Origin: Nocardioidaceae bacterium
GTDB taxonomy: Bacteria > Actinomycetota > Actinomycetes > Propionibacteriales > Nocardioidaceae
Length of the DNA stretch: 64,000 nucleotides
NCBI GenBank assembly: GCA_035690905.1
Contig: DASSKA010000109.1
Span: forward strand, 319-64,318
Direction: 5' to 3'
Both the position numbers and the translations under genes were made by a program. This document shows, in pieces, positions 44,781-54,390 of this stretch (position 1 is the first letter of the stretch; every line of letters begins with the position of its first letter). The notes beneath the pieces were generated by a model. That model worked only from the letters and a program-made list of their open reading frames with translations. It did not search any database and was not told where the DNA came from.

Positions 44781-46381
44781 GAAAGTGCTCCTGTCTCTTC
44801 GAAGGCGACCTCGCCGTGCACCATGGTCAGCACGCAGCTGGGCAGGTCGAGGTCGGGATGCAGGTCGGGAAGGTGCGGCACGCCCGCACGCGGGTCGGTG
44901 GACCAGGCGGCCACCCGCGGGTCCGGAGTCTGTACGACGAGGTGGCCCGGGACGTCCCAGACGGCCAGACAGGCCGGCGCACCGGGCGCGAGCACCCCGC
45001 CCTCGTCGCGGCCGGCGGCCCGCCAGCCGCCGCGGGTGTGCGCCGTGAACGCGGCCCGGGCGGTGATCCGCTCATCCGGGTTCTGGTGCCAGGCGGCAGC
45101 CCGCACGGCTCCCCACGGGTCGAACGGGGTGACCGGGGTGTCGGAGCCGAAGGCCAGCGCGATCCCGCTGCGTCCCAGCGACGCGTAGGGGTTCATCGGC
45201 AGTGCCCGGTCGCTGCCGAGCCGCTGCGCGTACAGCGAGTCGGGGCCGCCCCACAGCTGGTCGAACATCGGCTGCACGCTGGCCGTGACCCCCAGCTCGG
45301 CGAGCACGCCCATCTGCTGGGCGTCGACCATCTCCAGGTGCTCCAACCGATGCCGGCCGGCCACGACCGCTGCCGTTCCGAGCTCCTCGGCGGCCCGGCA
45401 GAAGCCGGCCACCACCTCGGCGACTCCGCGGTCGCCGATGACGTGGAAACCGGCCTGCAAACCGGCGCGGGTGCAGGCCACCACGTGGCGGGCGACCTGC
45501 TCCGCGTCGAGGTACAGGTGACCGACGGAGTCGGCGTCGGCGTACGGCAGGTGCACCGCCGAGGTCCGTGACCCGATCGAGCCGTCCACGCACAGGTCAC
45601 CAGCCGCGCCGGCGCAGCCGAGCTCCCGGGCGGCTTCCACGCCGTCCAGCTCCCCCCAGTAGCCGACCACCTCGGGCACGGCTGCCTGCGCGGCGACCTC
45701 GCGGCAGGTGGTCAGGTCGTCCGGCAGGGACAGCGACGGGGCACCGAGCTCGTGCACCATGCCGAACCCCTGCCGGGCGGCCAGGTGCAGGGCCTGGCGG
45801 ATGGCCTCCTCGCGGGCCGACCGCGGCACGATCCGGAACACCGTGTCGCGGGCCCGGTGGTGAGCCTCGCGGGCGACCAGCCCACTCGGGTCGAACCCGT
45901 CGGCGTCCGCGATCCCGTCGCCGGCCTCCAGGAAGGCGGTGTTCACGGCCGCGGAGTGCTCGTCGACGCGGGCCAGGTAGGTCGGTCGTGACCCGGCCGC
46001 CCGGTCCAGCTCCTCCCGGGTGAACGCCCGCCCGTCCGGCCAGCCGGTCTCGTCCCACCCGAAGCCGAGCACGATCGGGACGTCGGTCCGCGACGCGGCG
46101 GCCGCCACGGCGTCCAGCGCGGCCCCCCGGGTCTGGGCGGTGGTCAGGTCCACCCCGGCCATCGCCAGCCCGGTCTGGGCCAGGTGCACGTGCGAGTCCA
46201 CGAACGCCGGCGTCACCAGCCGGCCATCGAGGTCCACGACCCGGTCGGCGTTGTCGAGGAAGTGCGCCGCAGCGTCGTCGTCGCCGGCCCACACCACCTG
46301 GCCGTCCTCGACGCACAGCGCCGTCGCGTGCGGGCTGGCCGGGGTGTGGACGTAGCCGCCGCGCAGAACTGTCCGGGTCAC
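44777..46381 (-). CDS. Amidohydrolase (Amidohydro_3 / YtcJ-like metal-dependent hydrolase)
   Basis: 534 aa. The VDSHVHL metal motif lies near the N-terminus and a FGSDTPV motif near the C-terminus. 4-nt overlap with the kamD start. Confidence 0.8.
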   Translation of the reverse strand: MTRTVLRGGYVHTPASPHATALCVEDGQVVWAGDDDAAAHFLDNADRVVDLDGRLVTPAFVDSHVHLAQTGLAMAGVDLTTAQTRGAALDAVAAAASRTDVPIVLGFGWDETGWPDGRAFTREELDRAAGSRPTYLARVDEHSAAVNTAFLEAGDGIADADGFDPSGLVAREAHHRARDTVFRIVPRSAREEAIRQALHLAARQGFGMVHELGAPSLSLPDDLTTCREVAAQAAVPEVVGYWGELDGVEAARELGCAGAAGDLCVDGSIGSRTSAVHLPYADADSVGHLYLDAEQVARHVVACTRAGLQAGFHVIGDRGVAEVVAGFCRAAEELGTAAVVAGRHRLEHLEMVDAQQMGVLAELGVTASVQPMFDQLWGGPDSLYAQRLGSDRALPMNPYASLGRSGIALAFGSDTPVTPFDPWGAVRAAAWHQNPDERITARAAFTAHTRGGWRAAGRDEGGVLAPGAPACLAVWDVPGHLVVQTPDPRVAAWSTDPRAGVPHLPDLHPDLDLPSCVLTMVHGEVAFEETGALS

Positions 46382-46424
46382 GAGGCCATTGTCCCGTGCG
46401 CTGGAAGAGGACGGACAGCGCCTG

Positions 46425-47480
46425 TCACAGCCGCCTCTCGAAGAGGTTTCGCACCCCGTCCTCGGCGCGGAGCAGGCTCATCGCGTAGTCCGCGTGCCCG
46501 GGGGTGTAGCCGTTGCCGATCAGCATGGTGACGTCGGCGGCCAGGCCCTCCGCGCCCAGCGCGGCGGCGCTGAAGGAGGTGGCCATCGAGAAGAAGATGA
46601 CGGTCCCCCGCTCGGCGGTGGCCAGGATGGCGCCCCCTTCGCAGCCGGGCACGTCCACGCAGACCACGGTCACGTCGGCCGGTCCCCCGGCCTCGGTCAC
46701 CGCCGCAGCCAGGGCCACCGGGTCCCGGGCATCGGCGACAGCGACGGCGTCGGCGAGGCCGGCCGCACCCAGCAGGTCGGCCTCCTGCTCGTTGGGCACG
46801 ACTCCGATGGTGCGGGCGGCGCCGGCCTGCCGGGCCGCCGCCAGCGAGAGCGACCCGGACTTGCCGGCGCCGCCGATCACGGTGACGACCGGCCGCCGTT
46901 CGACGTACTCCCGCACCACCCGCTGCGTCAGCGCCGGCGCTCCGCACACGTCCATCACCGACAGGGACAGCTCGACGGGCAGGTCCTCGGGGATCCGGGC
47001 GGCGATCGAGCGCCCGAACAGGATCGCGTAGCCGGCGGCGGGCACCTGCTCGCTCTTGCCGTCCCAGCGCTCGAGGCCGTCCTCGATCACCAGCGGGGTC
47101 AGGGTCAGCGAGACGAGCGTGGCCACCCGGTCGCCGACCTGCAGGCCGAGCGGTGAGGACTCTCCCACCTCCTCGACCCGGCCGACCAGCATGCCGCCGG
47201 AGCCGGTCTCGGGGTTCTGCATCTTGCCGCGGGAGCGGATGATGTCCAGCACCGCCGCGCGCACGGCGTCCCCGTCGCCGCCGTGGCTGCGTTCGAGCTG
47301 CCGGAAGGAGGCCGCGTCGAGGTTGAGCCGCTCCACCCGGATACGCACCTCGTCCGGCCACAGCTCGGCGCGCGTGTCCAGGCGCTGCGCGGCTTGAGGC
47401 AGCACCCCCAGTGGCTCCAGCACCCGGTGCAGGCCGGTCGGGTCCCCGACGGCCAGGGCGGACGACTTCGGGGTGGGCAC
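46425..47480 (-). CDS. kdd: L-erythro-3,5-diaminohexanoate dehydrogenase
   Basis: GTG at 47480 follows the RBS GGAGGA. EVRIRVERLNLDAASFRQL and GKMQNPETGSGGMLVGRV are typical of Kdd. A GGAGKSG nucleotide-binding loop is present. Confidence 0.8.
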   Translation of the reverse strand: MPTPKSSALAVGDPTGLHRVLEPLGVLPQAAQRLDTRAELWPDEVRIRVERLNLDAASFRQLERSHGGDGDAVRAAVLDIIRSRGKMQNPETGSGGMLVGRVEEVGESSPLGLQVGDRVATLVSLTLTPLVIEDGLERWDGKSEQVPAAGYAILFGRSIAARIPEDLPVELSLSVMDVCGAPALTQRVVREYVERRPVVTVIGGAGKSGSLSLAAARQAGAARTIGVVPNEQEADLLGAAGLADAVAVADARDPVALAAAVTEAGGPADVTVVCVDVPGCEGGAILATAERGTVIFFSMATSFSAAALGAEGLAADVTMLIGNGYTPGHADYAMSLLRAEDGVRNLFERRL

Positions 47481-47611
47481 GGGCTGTCCTCCACTGATTG
47501 GTGTCCGGGGGCGCAAATCTTGCGGTTCGTCATTGGACGCACCGGAGATTCTTTGCGTACTCTGGCATGCGAGGTCCACGTCACACAACCGCACCCACGG
47601 AGGGAGCATTC

Positions 47612-49102
47612 ATGACTGCGGAGGCGACCAGCCACCAGGCCACCGGATCCGTGCAGGACCGGTCCCTGGAGTCCGGCCAGCCGTACCCGTACCGCCGGGT
47701 GGAGCTGGTCGAGCCGGACTGGCGCCGGTTCCCCGGGTGGCAGGACGTCACCGCGCAGGAGTGGGAGTCGGTGCAGTGGCAGCGCGCCCACTGCGTGAAG
47801 AACCTCAAGCAGCTGCGGGCGCTGCTGGGCGACCTGGTGGACGAGCGGTTCTACGCCGACCTCGAGCGGGACCAGCACGAGCGGGCCACCATGTCGATGT
47901 TGCTGCCGCCGCAGATGATGAACACCATCGCCTCCGGGGTCGACCCGTCCGGCCCGGGGTCGCTGACCGAGGCGTTCTACGCCGACCCGGTCCGCCGGTA
48001 CATGCTGCCGGTGTTCTCCGACCGTCGTACCGACTGGGCCTCACACCCGCACGCCACCCGCGACTCGCTGCACGAGCACGACATGTGGGTGGCGGAGGGG
48101 CTGACCCACCGGTACCCGACCAAGGTGCTGGCCGAGCTGCTGCCCACCTGCCCCCAGTACTGCGGGCACTGCACCCGGATGGACCTGGTCGGCAACTCCA
48201 CCCCGGTCATCGACAAGCTGAAGTTCGCCGGAAAGCCGGTCGACCGGCACACGGCGATGATCGACTACCTCCGCACGACCCCCCAGGTCCGGGACGTCGT
48301 CGTGTCCGGCGGCGACGTGGCGAACCTGCCCTGGCCGCGCCTCGAGGACTTCTTGCAGCGGCTCCTGGAGATCGAGAACATCCGCGACATCCGGCTGGCC
48401 ACCAAGGCGTTGATGGGCCTGCCCCAGCACTGGCTGCAGGATGACGTGCGCGCCGGCATGGAGCGGGTGGCGCGGGTGGCGAACCAGCGTGGGGTGTCCA
48501 TCGCGATCCACACCCACGTCAACCACGCCGAGTCGGTCACCCCGATGGTCGCCAAGGCGGCCCGGGCGATGCTGGACACCGGCATCCGAGACGTGCGCAA
48601 CCAGGGCGTGCTCCTGGACGGCGTGAACGCGGACACCGGCTCCCTGCTCGACCTGTGCTTCGCGCTGCTGGACGGGGCGGGGATCATGCCCTACTACTTC
48701 TACATGTGCGACATGATCCCGTTCAGCGAGCACTGGCGGGTCTCGGTGGCCGAGGCGCAGCGGCTGCAGCACCAGATCATGGGCTACCTGCCCGGCTTCG
48801 CGACTCCGCGCATCGTGTGCGACGTGCCGTTCGTCGGCAAGCGGTGGGTGCACCAGCTCGCCGACTACGACCACGAGCTGGGCATCTCATACTGGACCAA
48901 GAACTACCGGACGTCGATCGAGGCCGACGACCCCGAGGCGATGACCCGGACCTACGAGTACTACGACCCGATCCACACCCTTCCCGAGGCCGGTCGGGCC
49001 TGGTGGCGCGAGCACGCCGGCGACTCGCTCGCGGAGGCGGAGAAGCGGGCGAGGGCGTCCCGCGAGGCCGCCGAGGCGCAGAAGCTCATCCCCGTCCACT
49101 GA
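47612..49102 (+). CDS. kamA: Lysine 2,3-aminomutase (KamA family radical SAM/PLP enzyme)
   Basis: RBS GGAGGGA, then ATG at 47612. CPQYCGHCTR is the CxxxCxxC cluster. YPTKVLAEL, VVVSGGD and a later RVSV segment follow. Confidence 0.88.
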   Translation: MTAEATSHQATGSVQDRSLESGQPYPYRRVELVEPDWRRFPGWQDVTAQEWESVQWQRAHCVKNLKQLRALLGDLVDERFYADLERDQHERATMSMLLPPQMMNTIASGVDPSGPGSLTEAFYADPVRRYMLPVFSDRRTDWASHPHATRDSLHEHDMWVAEGLTHRYPTKVLAELLPTCPQYCGHCTRMDLVGNSTPVIDKLKFAGKPVDRHTAMIDYLRTTPQVRDVVVSGGDVANLPWPRLEDFLQRLLEIENIRDIRLATKALMGLPQHWLQDDVRAGMERVARVANQRGVSIAIHTHVNHAESVTPMVAKAARAMLDTGIRDVRNQGVLLDGVNADTGSLLDLCFALLDGAGIMPYYFYMCDMIPFSEHWRVSVAEAQRLQHQIMGYLPGFATPRIVCDVPFVGKRWVHQLADYDHELGISYWTKNYRTSIEADDPEAMTRTYEYYDPIHTLPEAGRAWWREHAGDSLAEAEKRARASREAAEAQKLIPVH

Positions 49103-50012
49103 GCGCGTCGACGAGCCGGCCGGCGGGGCTGTTCAGTCCCCACCGCTCGGCGAGTGCGACCACCCGGTCGGGATCTCTCGGCGTCCGCGGCAGCGTCAGG
49201 TCGGGGTCCCCGAGGTCGATGTCCCGCGCGACCGCGACGACCCTGGGAGCCACCGCCAGGTAGTCGGCCGCATCCTTGATGCGTCGGCGGGCCGCCGGGG
49301 CCAGGTCGGAGGCCGGGTCCTCGGCGGCGGCCACGATCGCGGCCAGGTCGGCGTACTTCGCGAGCAGGCCGGCCGCGGTCTTCTCCCCGATCCCGGACAC
49401 GCCGGGCAGGCCGTCGGAGGGGTCGCCGCGGAGGGCGGCGAAGTCGGCGTACTGCGCGGCGTCCACGCCGTACTTCTCGCGTACGACGGAGCTGGTGACC
49501 CGCTCGTGCCGGCCGACCCCGCGCGCGGTGTAGAGCACCCGGACCTCACGCGCGTCGTCGACGAGCTGGAACAGGTCCCGGTCCCCCGTGACCACGTCGA
49601 CGGGCCCCTTCGCGGTGGTGGCCAGCGTGCCGATGACGTCGTCGGCCTCGTAGCCGGCCGCACCCACCACCGCGATCCCGAACGCGTCCAGCACGTCGCG
49701 GATCACCGGGACCTGCGCCTCGAGCGCGTCGGGCACCTCCTCGACGTCGGGTGCGGCGCTCCCCTCGACCTCCACCCGGTGCGCCTTGTACGACGGGATG
49801 AGGTCCACGCGCCAATGCGGTCGCCAGTCCTCGTCCCAGCAGCAGGCCAGCGACGTGGGCCGGTAGTCGGTCACCAGCCGGCTGATGAAGTCCAGCAGCC
49901 CCCGCACCGCGTTGACCGGCGTGCCGTCGGGAGCCTTGAACGAGTCCGGCACCCCGAAGAAGGCCCGAAAGTACAACGAGGCGGTGTCCAGGAGCATCAG
50001 TCGGTCGGTCAC
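49086..50012 (-). CDS. 5'-3' exonuclease (FEN/Pol I N-terminal domain family, Rv2090-like)
   Basis: LMLLDTASLYFRAFFG, TGDRDLFQLV and GIGEKTAAGLL (H3TH) motifs are present. Start is GTG 50012 or ATG 49997. Confidence 0.85.
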   Translation of the reverse strand: MTDRLMLLDTASLYFRAFFGVPDSFKAPDGTPVNAVRGLLDFISRLVTDYRPTSLACCWDEDWRPHWRVDLIPSYKAHRVEVEGSAAPDVEEVPDALEAQVPVIRDVLDAFGIAVVGAAGYEADDVIGTLATTAKGPVDVVTGDRDLFQLVDDAREVRVLYTARGVGRHERVTSSVVREKYGVDAAQYADFAALRGDPSDGLPGVSGIGEKTAAGLLAKYADLAAIVAAAEDPASDLAPAARRRIKDAADYLAVAPRVVAVARDIDLGDPDLTLPRTPRDPDRVVALAERWGLNSPAGRLVDALSGRG

Positions 50013-50060
50013 GCGCTCAGTCTGGCATCGCCGACCGACCTCGGCGGATATTGTGTCGCC

Positions 50061-50498
50061 GTGGAAGACCTGGACCGGCACATCCTCAGCCTGCTCGCCG
50101 CGGACGGACGGATGTCCTTCACCGACCTCGGCAAGGCCACCGGCCTGTCCACCTCGGCGGTGCACCAGCGGGTCAAGCGGATGGAGAGCCGCGGCCTGGT
50201 CAAGGGCTACGCCGCGGTCGTCGACTACGAGCAGGCGGGGCTGCCGCTCACGGCGTTCATCTCCATCCGGCCGATCGACCCTTCCCAGCCCGACGACTCA
50301 CCGGAGCGGCTCCGCGGCCTGCAGGAGATCGAGTCGTGCTGGTCGGTGGCCGGTGAGGAGTCCTACATCCTCAAGGTCAGGGTCGCCAAGCCCACGGACC
50401 TCGAGGACCTGCTGGCCCGGGTCCGGGCGGTCGCCAACGTGGCCACCCGGACGACGATCGTGCTCTCCACGCCGTACGAGAACCGCCAGGTCACCTAG
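50061..50498 (+). CDS. Lrp/AsnC family transcriptional regulator
   Basis: GTG at 50061. The sequence LDRHILSLLAADGRMSFTDLGKATGLSTSAVHQRVKRMESRGLV gives the HTH. The C-terminal part is an RAM/ACT-like domain. Confidence 0.85.
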   Translation: MEDLDRHILSLLAADGRMSFTDLGKATGLSTSAVHQRVKRMESRGLVKGYAAVVDYEQAGLPLTAFISIRPIDPSQPDDSPERLRGLQEIESCWSVAGEESYILKVRVAKPTDLEDLLARVRAVANVATRTTIVLSTPYENRQVT

Positions 50499-50647
50499 TA
50501 GCCGATCGGCCGGAGCGGCAGCGGGTACCGACGCGGTGGACCTTGCCGTTGCTGGTCGGTCGTGCAGCGCACGTGCAGCCGGCCGAACACCGGACCCCGG
50601 CGGTCCTGACGACGTGACCGAGACGCAGGTGCGCCGGTGGTGGTGGT

Positions 50648-50663
50648 GGTGGAACGTTCCACC
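50648..50663. terminator. Perfect 16-nt palindrome GGTGGAACGTTCCACC between convergent lrp and helY (possible bidirectional terminator)
   Basis: Read directly from the sequence. It is preceded by a (GGT)5 run. Confidence 0.35.
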
Positions 50664-50694
50664 GGCGGGAGCGCCGGCCCGGCCGAAGCGGGCG

Positions 50695-53415
50695 TCAGTC
50701 CGACAGCGAGGAGTAGGCGACGACGCCGCGGCGCAGGGCACCGGCGCTGAGCCGGGCGGTCTCGCGCAGCTCCCCCGCCCCCGCTGCGTCGGCGACCTGG
50801 TCGGCCAGGTCGAGCAGCTGCTTCATCCAGCGCACGAAGTCCCCGGCCGCCAGGTCGGTCTCGGCGAGCACCTCCCCGAGCGAGGCGCCTTCTGCCCACC
50901 GGTACGCCGCCCAGGCGAACCCGAGGTCCGGCTCGCGCAGGAAGTCGAGGCCGTGGTCGCGCTCGAGCTGGTCCAGGTCTCCCCACAGCGACACCATGTC
51001 CGCCAGCGTGGCGCGGACCCGCCCGCCAGGCACGCGTGGCGCGGAGGCGTCGTCGGCGTGCCGCGACTCGAACACCAGCGTGGACAGCGCCGCGGCCAGC
51101 TCGCTCCGCGACAGCCCGCCCCACAGGTTTTGCCGGAGGCACTCGGCGGCGACCAGGTCCATGTCGCTGTAGAGCCGCATCAGCCGCTGCCCGTCCGGGG
51201 TGACCCGGTCCTGGTGCAGGTAGCCCAGCGCGGACAGCAGGTCGCAGACCCGGTCGAACTGCCGGGCGATGGTGTTCGTGCGCTGCTCGATCCGGCGGCG
51301 CAGCCCCTGGGTGTCGCGGGCCAGCTTGTGGTAGCGCTCGGCCCACCGGGCGTGGTCCTCGCGGTCCGGGCAGCCGTGGCAGGGGTGCGCCCGCAGCTCG
51401 CGGCGCAGCCTGCTGATCTCCTGCTCCGCGTCCTCCCCGACGGCGCCGCCCCGGCGGCCGGGCCGGGAGCGCGGCGGCGGGGGGAACCCGTGCGTCTTGG
51501 CGCGCAGCGCGGACGCGAGGTCACGCCGCGCCTGTGGGTTGCGCCCGTTGAACGACTTCGGCACCCGCATCCGGGTGACCGCCGCCACCGGTACCGGGAA
51601 GTCGACCATCGTCAGCCGCCGCGCGTGCCGGTCCGCGGTCACCACGTAGGGCCGCGGTCCCTCCCGGTCCGCGGACGTGCCGGGGTCCACGACGACGGCC
51701 ATCCCGGCGTACCGGCCCGCCGGCACCTCGATCACGTCGCCTGGGCGCAGCGCCTCCAGGGAGGCCACCACCTCGTCGCGCCGGTCGGCCCGGCGGGCCT
51801 TCGCGGCCGCGCTCTCGGCGTCGGAGAGCCGGCGCCGCAGGGTCGAGTACTCCATGAAGTCACCGAGCTCGCAGGTGGCCGCCTCGGAGTATCCGTCCAG
51901 CGCCTCCTCGGCCTTCCGGAGCTGCCGCGCCAGTCCGACGACCGCGCGGTCGGCCTGGAACTGCGCGAACGACGACTCCAGCAGCTCGCGAGCGGTGGCC
52001 CGGCCCACGGAGCGCACCAGGTTCACCGCCATGTTGTACGACGGACGGAACGACGACCGCAGGGGGTAGGTCCGGGTGGACGCCAGTCCGGCCACGGTGC
52101 GCGGGTCCGTCCCGGGCTGCCACAGCACCACGCCGTGCCCTTCCACGTCGATGCCGCGCCGGCCGGCGCGGCCGGTGAGCTGGGTGTACTCCCCCGGCGT
52201 GATGTCCGCGTGCGTCTCGCCGTTCCATTTCGACAGCTTCTCGATCACCACCGAGCGGGCCGGCATGTTGATGCCTAGGGCCAGCGTCTCGGTGGCGAAC
52301 ACCACCTTGCACAGGCCGGCGGCGAACAGCTGCTCCACGCACTCCTTGAACGTGGGCAGCATCCCGGCATGGTGCGCCGCGACCCCTCGGACGAGCCCGT
52401 CGAGGAAGTCCGGGTAGCCGAGCACCCGCCGGTCCTCCTCCGGGATGGCGGCGCAGCGCTTCTCGACGACCTCGCTGATCGTGGCGCGCTCCTCTGGCGA
52501 GGTGAGCCAGAGGTTGGCGTTGAGGCACTGGGTGACCGCGGCGTCGCAGCCGATCCGGCTGAAGATGAACACGATCGCCGGCAGCATCCCCTGCGCGTCC
52601 AGCCTCTCCACCACGTCGTACCTGCTGGGCGGCGTGAACCGGCGCGGACGTCCGGACCTCCCACGGCCCCGGCCACGGTCGGTCCCCCGGCGGTCCCGGG
52701 TGCGTTGCGCGCGCCAGTCCTCCCTCGACACGCGCACCAGCTCCGGGTTGACCTGCGCCTGCTCGCCGCCCTCGTCGGCGAACAGGTCGTACATCCGCCT
52801 GCCCACCAGCACGTGCTGGTAGAGCGGCACCGGCCGGGTCTCCTCGACGATGGTCGCGGTCGCACCCCGCACCGTGGACAGCCACTCGCCGAACTCCTCG
52901 GCGTTGGAGACGGTGGCCGACAGCGACACCAGGGCCACCGAGTCCGGCAGGTGGATGATCACCTCCTCCCACACCGCACCGCGGAACCGGTCGGCGAGGT
53001 AGTGCACCTCATCCATCACCACGTAGCCGAGGCCGCCCAGCGTGTGCGAGCCCGCGTAGAGCATGTTGCGCAGCACCTCGGTGGTCATCACCACCACCGG
53101 CGCCTCGCCGTTCACGGTGTTGTCCCCGGTCAACAGGCCGACCCGTGCCGGCCCGTAGCGGGCGACCAGGTCGTGGTACTTCTGGTTCGACAGCGCCTTG
53201 ATCGGCGTGGTGTAGAAGCACTTGCGGCCTTGCTCCAGAGCCAGGTGCACCGCGAACTCCCCCACCAGCGTCTTGCCGGACCCGGTGGGCGCGGCCACCA
53301 GCACCCCGCTGCCCGCCTCCAGCTCCTGGCAGGCCCGCACCTGGAACGGGTCGAGCGCGAAGTCGTAGAGCGCCGCGAAACCCGTCAGGGCCGGGGAAAG
53401 CGATAGGGAGGTCAT
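50695..53415 (-). CDS. helY: Ski2-like DEAD/DEAH-box helicase HelY
   Basis: About 906 aa from the ATG at 53415 (MTSLSLSPAL). APTGSGKT Walker A, DEVH box, SAT and HHAGMLP motifs, and a C-terminal DSHCT-like region. Confidence 0.92.
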   Translation of the reverse strand: MTSLSLSPALTGFAALYDFALDPFQVRACQELEAGSGVLVAAPTGSGKTLVGEFAVHLALEQGRKCFYTTPIKALSNQKYHDLVARYGPARVGLLTGDNTVNGEAPVVVMTTEVLRNMLYAGSHTLGGLGYVVMDEVHYLADRFRGAVWEEVIIHLPDSVALVSLSATVSNAEEFGEWLSTVRGATATIVEETRPVPLYQHVLVGRRMYDLFADEGGEQAQVNPELVRVSREDWRAQRTRDRRGTDRGRGRGRSGRPRRFTPPSRYDVVERLDAQGMLPAIVFIFSRIGCDAAVTQCLNANLWLTSPEERATISEVVEKRCAAIPEEDRRVLGYPDFLDGLVRGVAAHHAGMLPTFKECVEQLFAAGLCKVVFATETLALGINMPARSVVIEKLSKWNGETHADITPGEYTQLTGRAGRRGIDVEGHGVVLWQPGTDPRTVAGLASTRTYPLRSSFRPSYNMAVNLVRSVGRATARELLESSFAQFQADRAVVGLARQLRKAEEALDGYSEAATCELGDFMEYSTLRRRLSDAESAAAKARRADRRDEVVASLEALRPGDVIEVPAGRYAGMAVVVDPGTSADREGPRPYVVTADRHARRLTMVDFPVPVAAVTRMRVPKSFNGRNPQARRDLASALRAKTHGFPPPPRSRPGRRGGAVGEDAEQEISRLRRELRAHPCHGCPDREDHARWAERYHKLARDTQGLRRRIEQRTNTIARQFDRVCDLLSALGYLHQDRVTPDGQRLMRLYSDMDLVAAECLRQNLWGGLSRSELAAALSTLVFESRHADDASAPRVPGGRVRATLADMVSLWGDLDQLERDHGLDFLREPDLGFAWAAYRWAEGASLGEVLAETDLAAGDFVRWMKQLLDLADQVADAAGAGELRETARLSAGALRRGVVAYSSLSD

Positions 53416-54290
53416 CGGGGACAGATCACTCGCAATGCGCTCGGGGCTACGTCCACGGTCAGCGGTAACGAGCCTAGGCGCTCCCCGTCGGCGTAGGCGA
53501 CGACGCCCGGCGACGACACGCGCACCGAGCGCGCCCGGCGGTGCCGGTAGCACCGGTGGTGCACGTGGGAGGCGTTGTAGAGACGCGGGTAGGTGCGCAC
53601 CAGCTCCAGCCGGCTCATCGGCGTGAACCAGACCACGTCCAGCAGGCCGTCGTCGAGCTCGGCCCCCTCGGTGATGCGCAGTCCGCCGCCGAACGACGGC
53701 CCGTTGCCGACCGAGACCAGCATCGCCTCGAGGTCGACCGGCTCGCCGTCCAGCGCCAGCTCGTAGTGCAGTGGTTCGAACACCCGCAGCTCGGCCAGCG
53801 TGGCCAGGGTGTACCGCATCTGGCCGTGCGGCCAGGTCATGGCGTTGGCCCGCTCGTTGACCAGGGCGTCGAAGCCGGCCGCCAGCACCGTCACGAAGTA
53901 CTTCTCCCCCGCCCGGGCCAGATCGATGCTGCGTGCCTGCCCGGTGACCACCACGTCGGCGGCCGCCCGCGGGTCGCGGCGCGGGATGCCCAGGTAGCGG
54001 GCCACGTCGTTCCCGGTCCCGGTCGGGATGATGCCCAGCTCGGTCGAGGCGCCGGCCATCACCTGGGCCGCCAGGTGCACCATTCCATCCCCGCCGCAGA
54101 CCACCAGCGTGGGGATACCTTCGGCCACCGCGTCCCCGGCCAGGTCCAGCGCCTCGGCGCCGTCCCGGCCGCGCAGCTCGCGTACCACGCAGCCGGCCTC
54201 CCTCAACCTGGCCACCGCCGCAGCGGCGCGCCGTTCCCCTCGCCCGCCGGCCGCGGCTGGGTTGGTCAGCACGGTGACGTCTCGGGGCAC
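53412..54290 (-). CDS. Diacylglycerol kinase family lipid kinase
   Basis: GGDGMVH and GTGNDVAR motifs. ATGA-type overlap with the helY start. The start codon (GTG 54290) is uncertain. Confidence 0.75.
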   Translation of the reverse strand: MPRDVTVLTNPAAAGGRGERRAAAAVARLREAGCVVRELRGRDGAEALDLAGDAVAEGIPTLVVCGGDGMVHLAAQVMAGASTELGIIPTGTGNDVARYLGIPRRDPRAAADVVVTGQARSIDLARAGEKYFVTVLAAGFDALVNERANAMTWPHGQMRYTLATLAELRVFEPLHYELALDGEPVDLEAMLVSVGNGPSFGGGLRITEGAELDDGLLDVVWFTPMSRLELVRTYPRLYNASHVHHRCYRHRRARSVRVSSPGVVAYADGERLGSLPLTVDVAPSALRVICPR

Positions 54291-54390
54291 GCCCAGAGGA
54301 TAGGGCACAGAAGACCGGGCAAAGCGCGCGCAACGACCGGGTGACGCCCTAGTGTTTCGCCCACACCCCCGCGAACCTTCGAGGACGCCC

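Noticed and set aside
47481-47611. A lysine (L-box) riboswitch upstream of kamA.
   Set aside because: The whole divergent intergenic region is only 131 nt and lacks the multi-helix conserved L-box core. A protein-operator explanation is more plausible.
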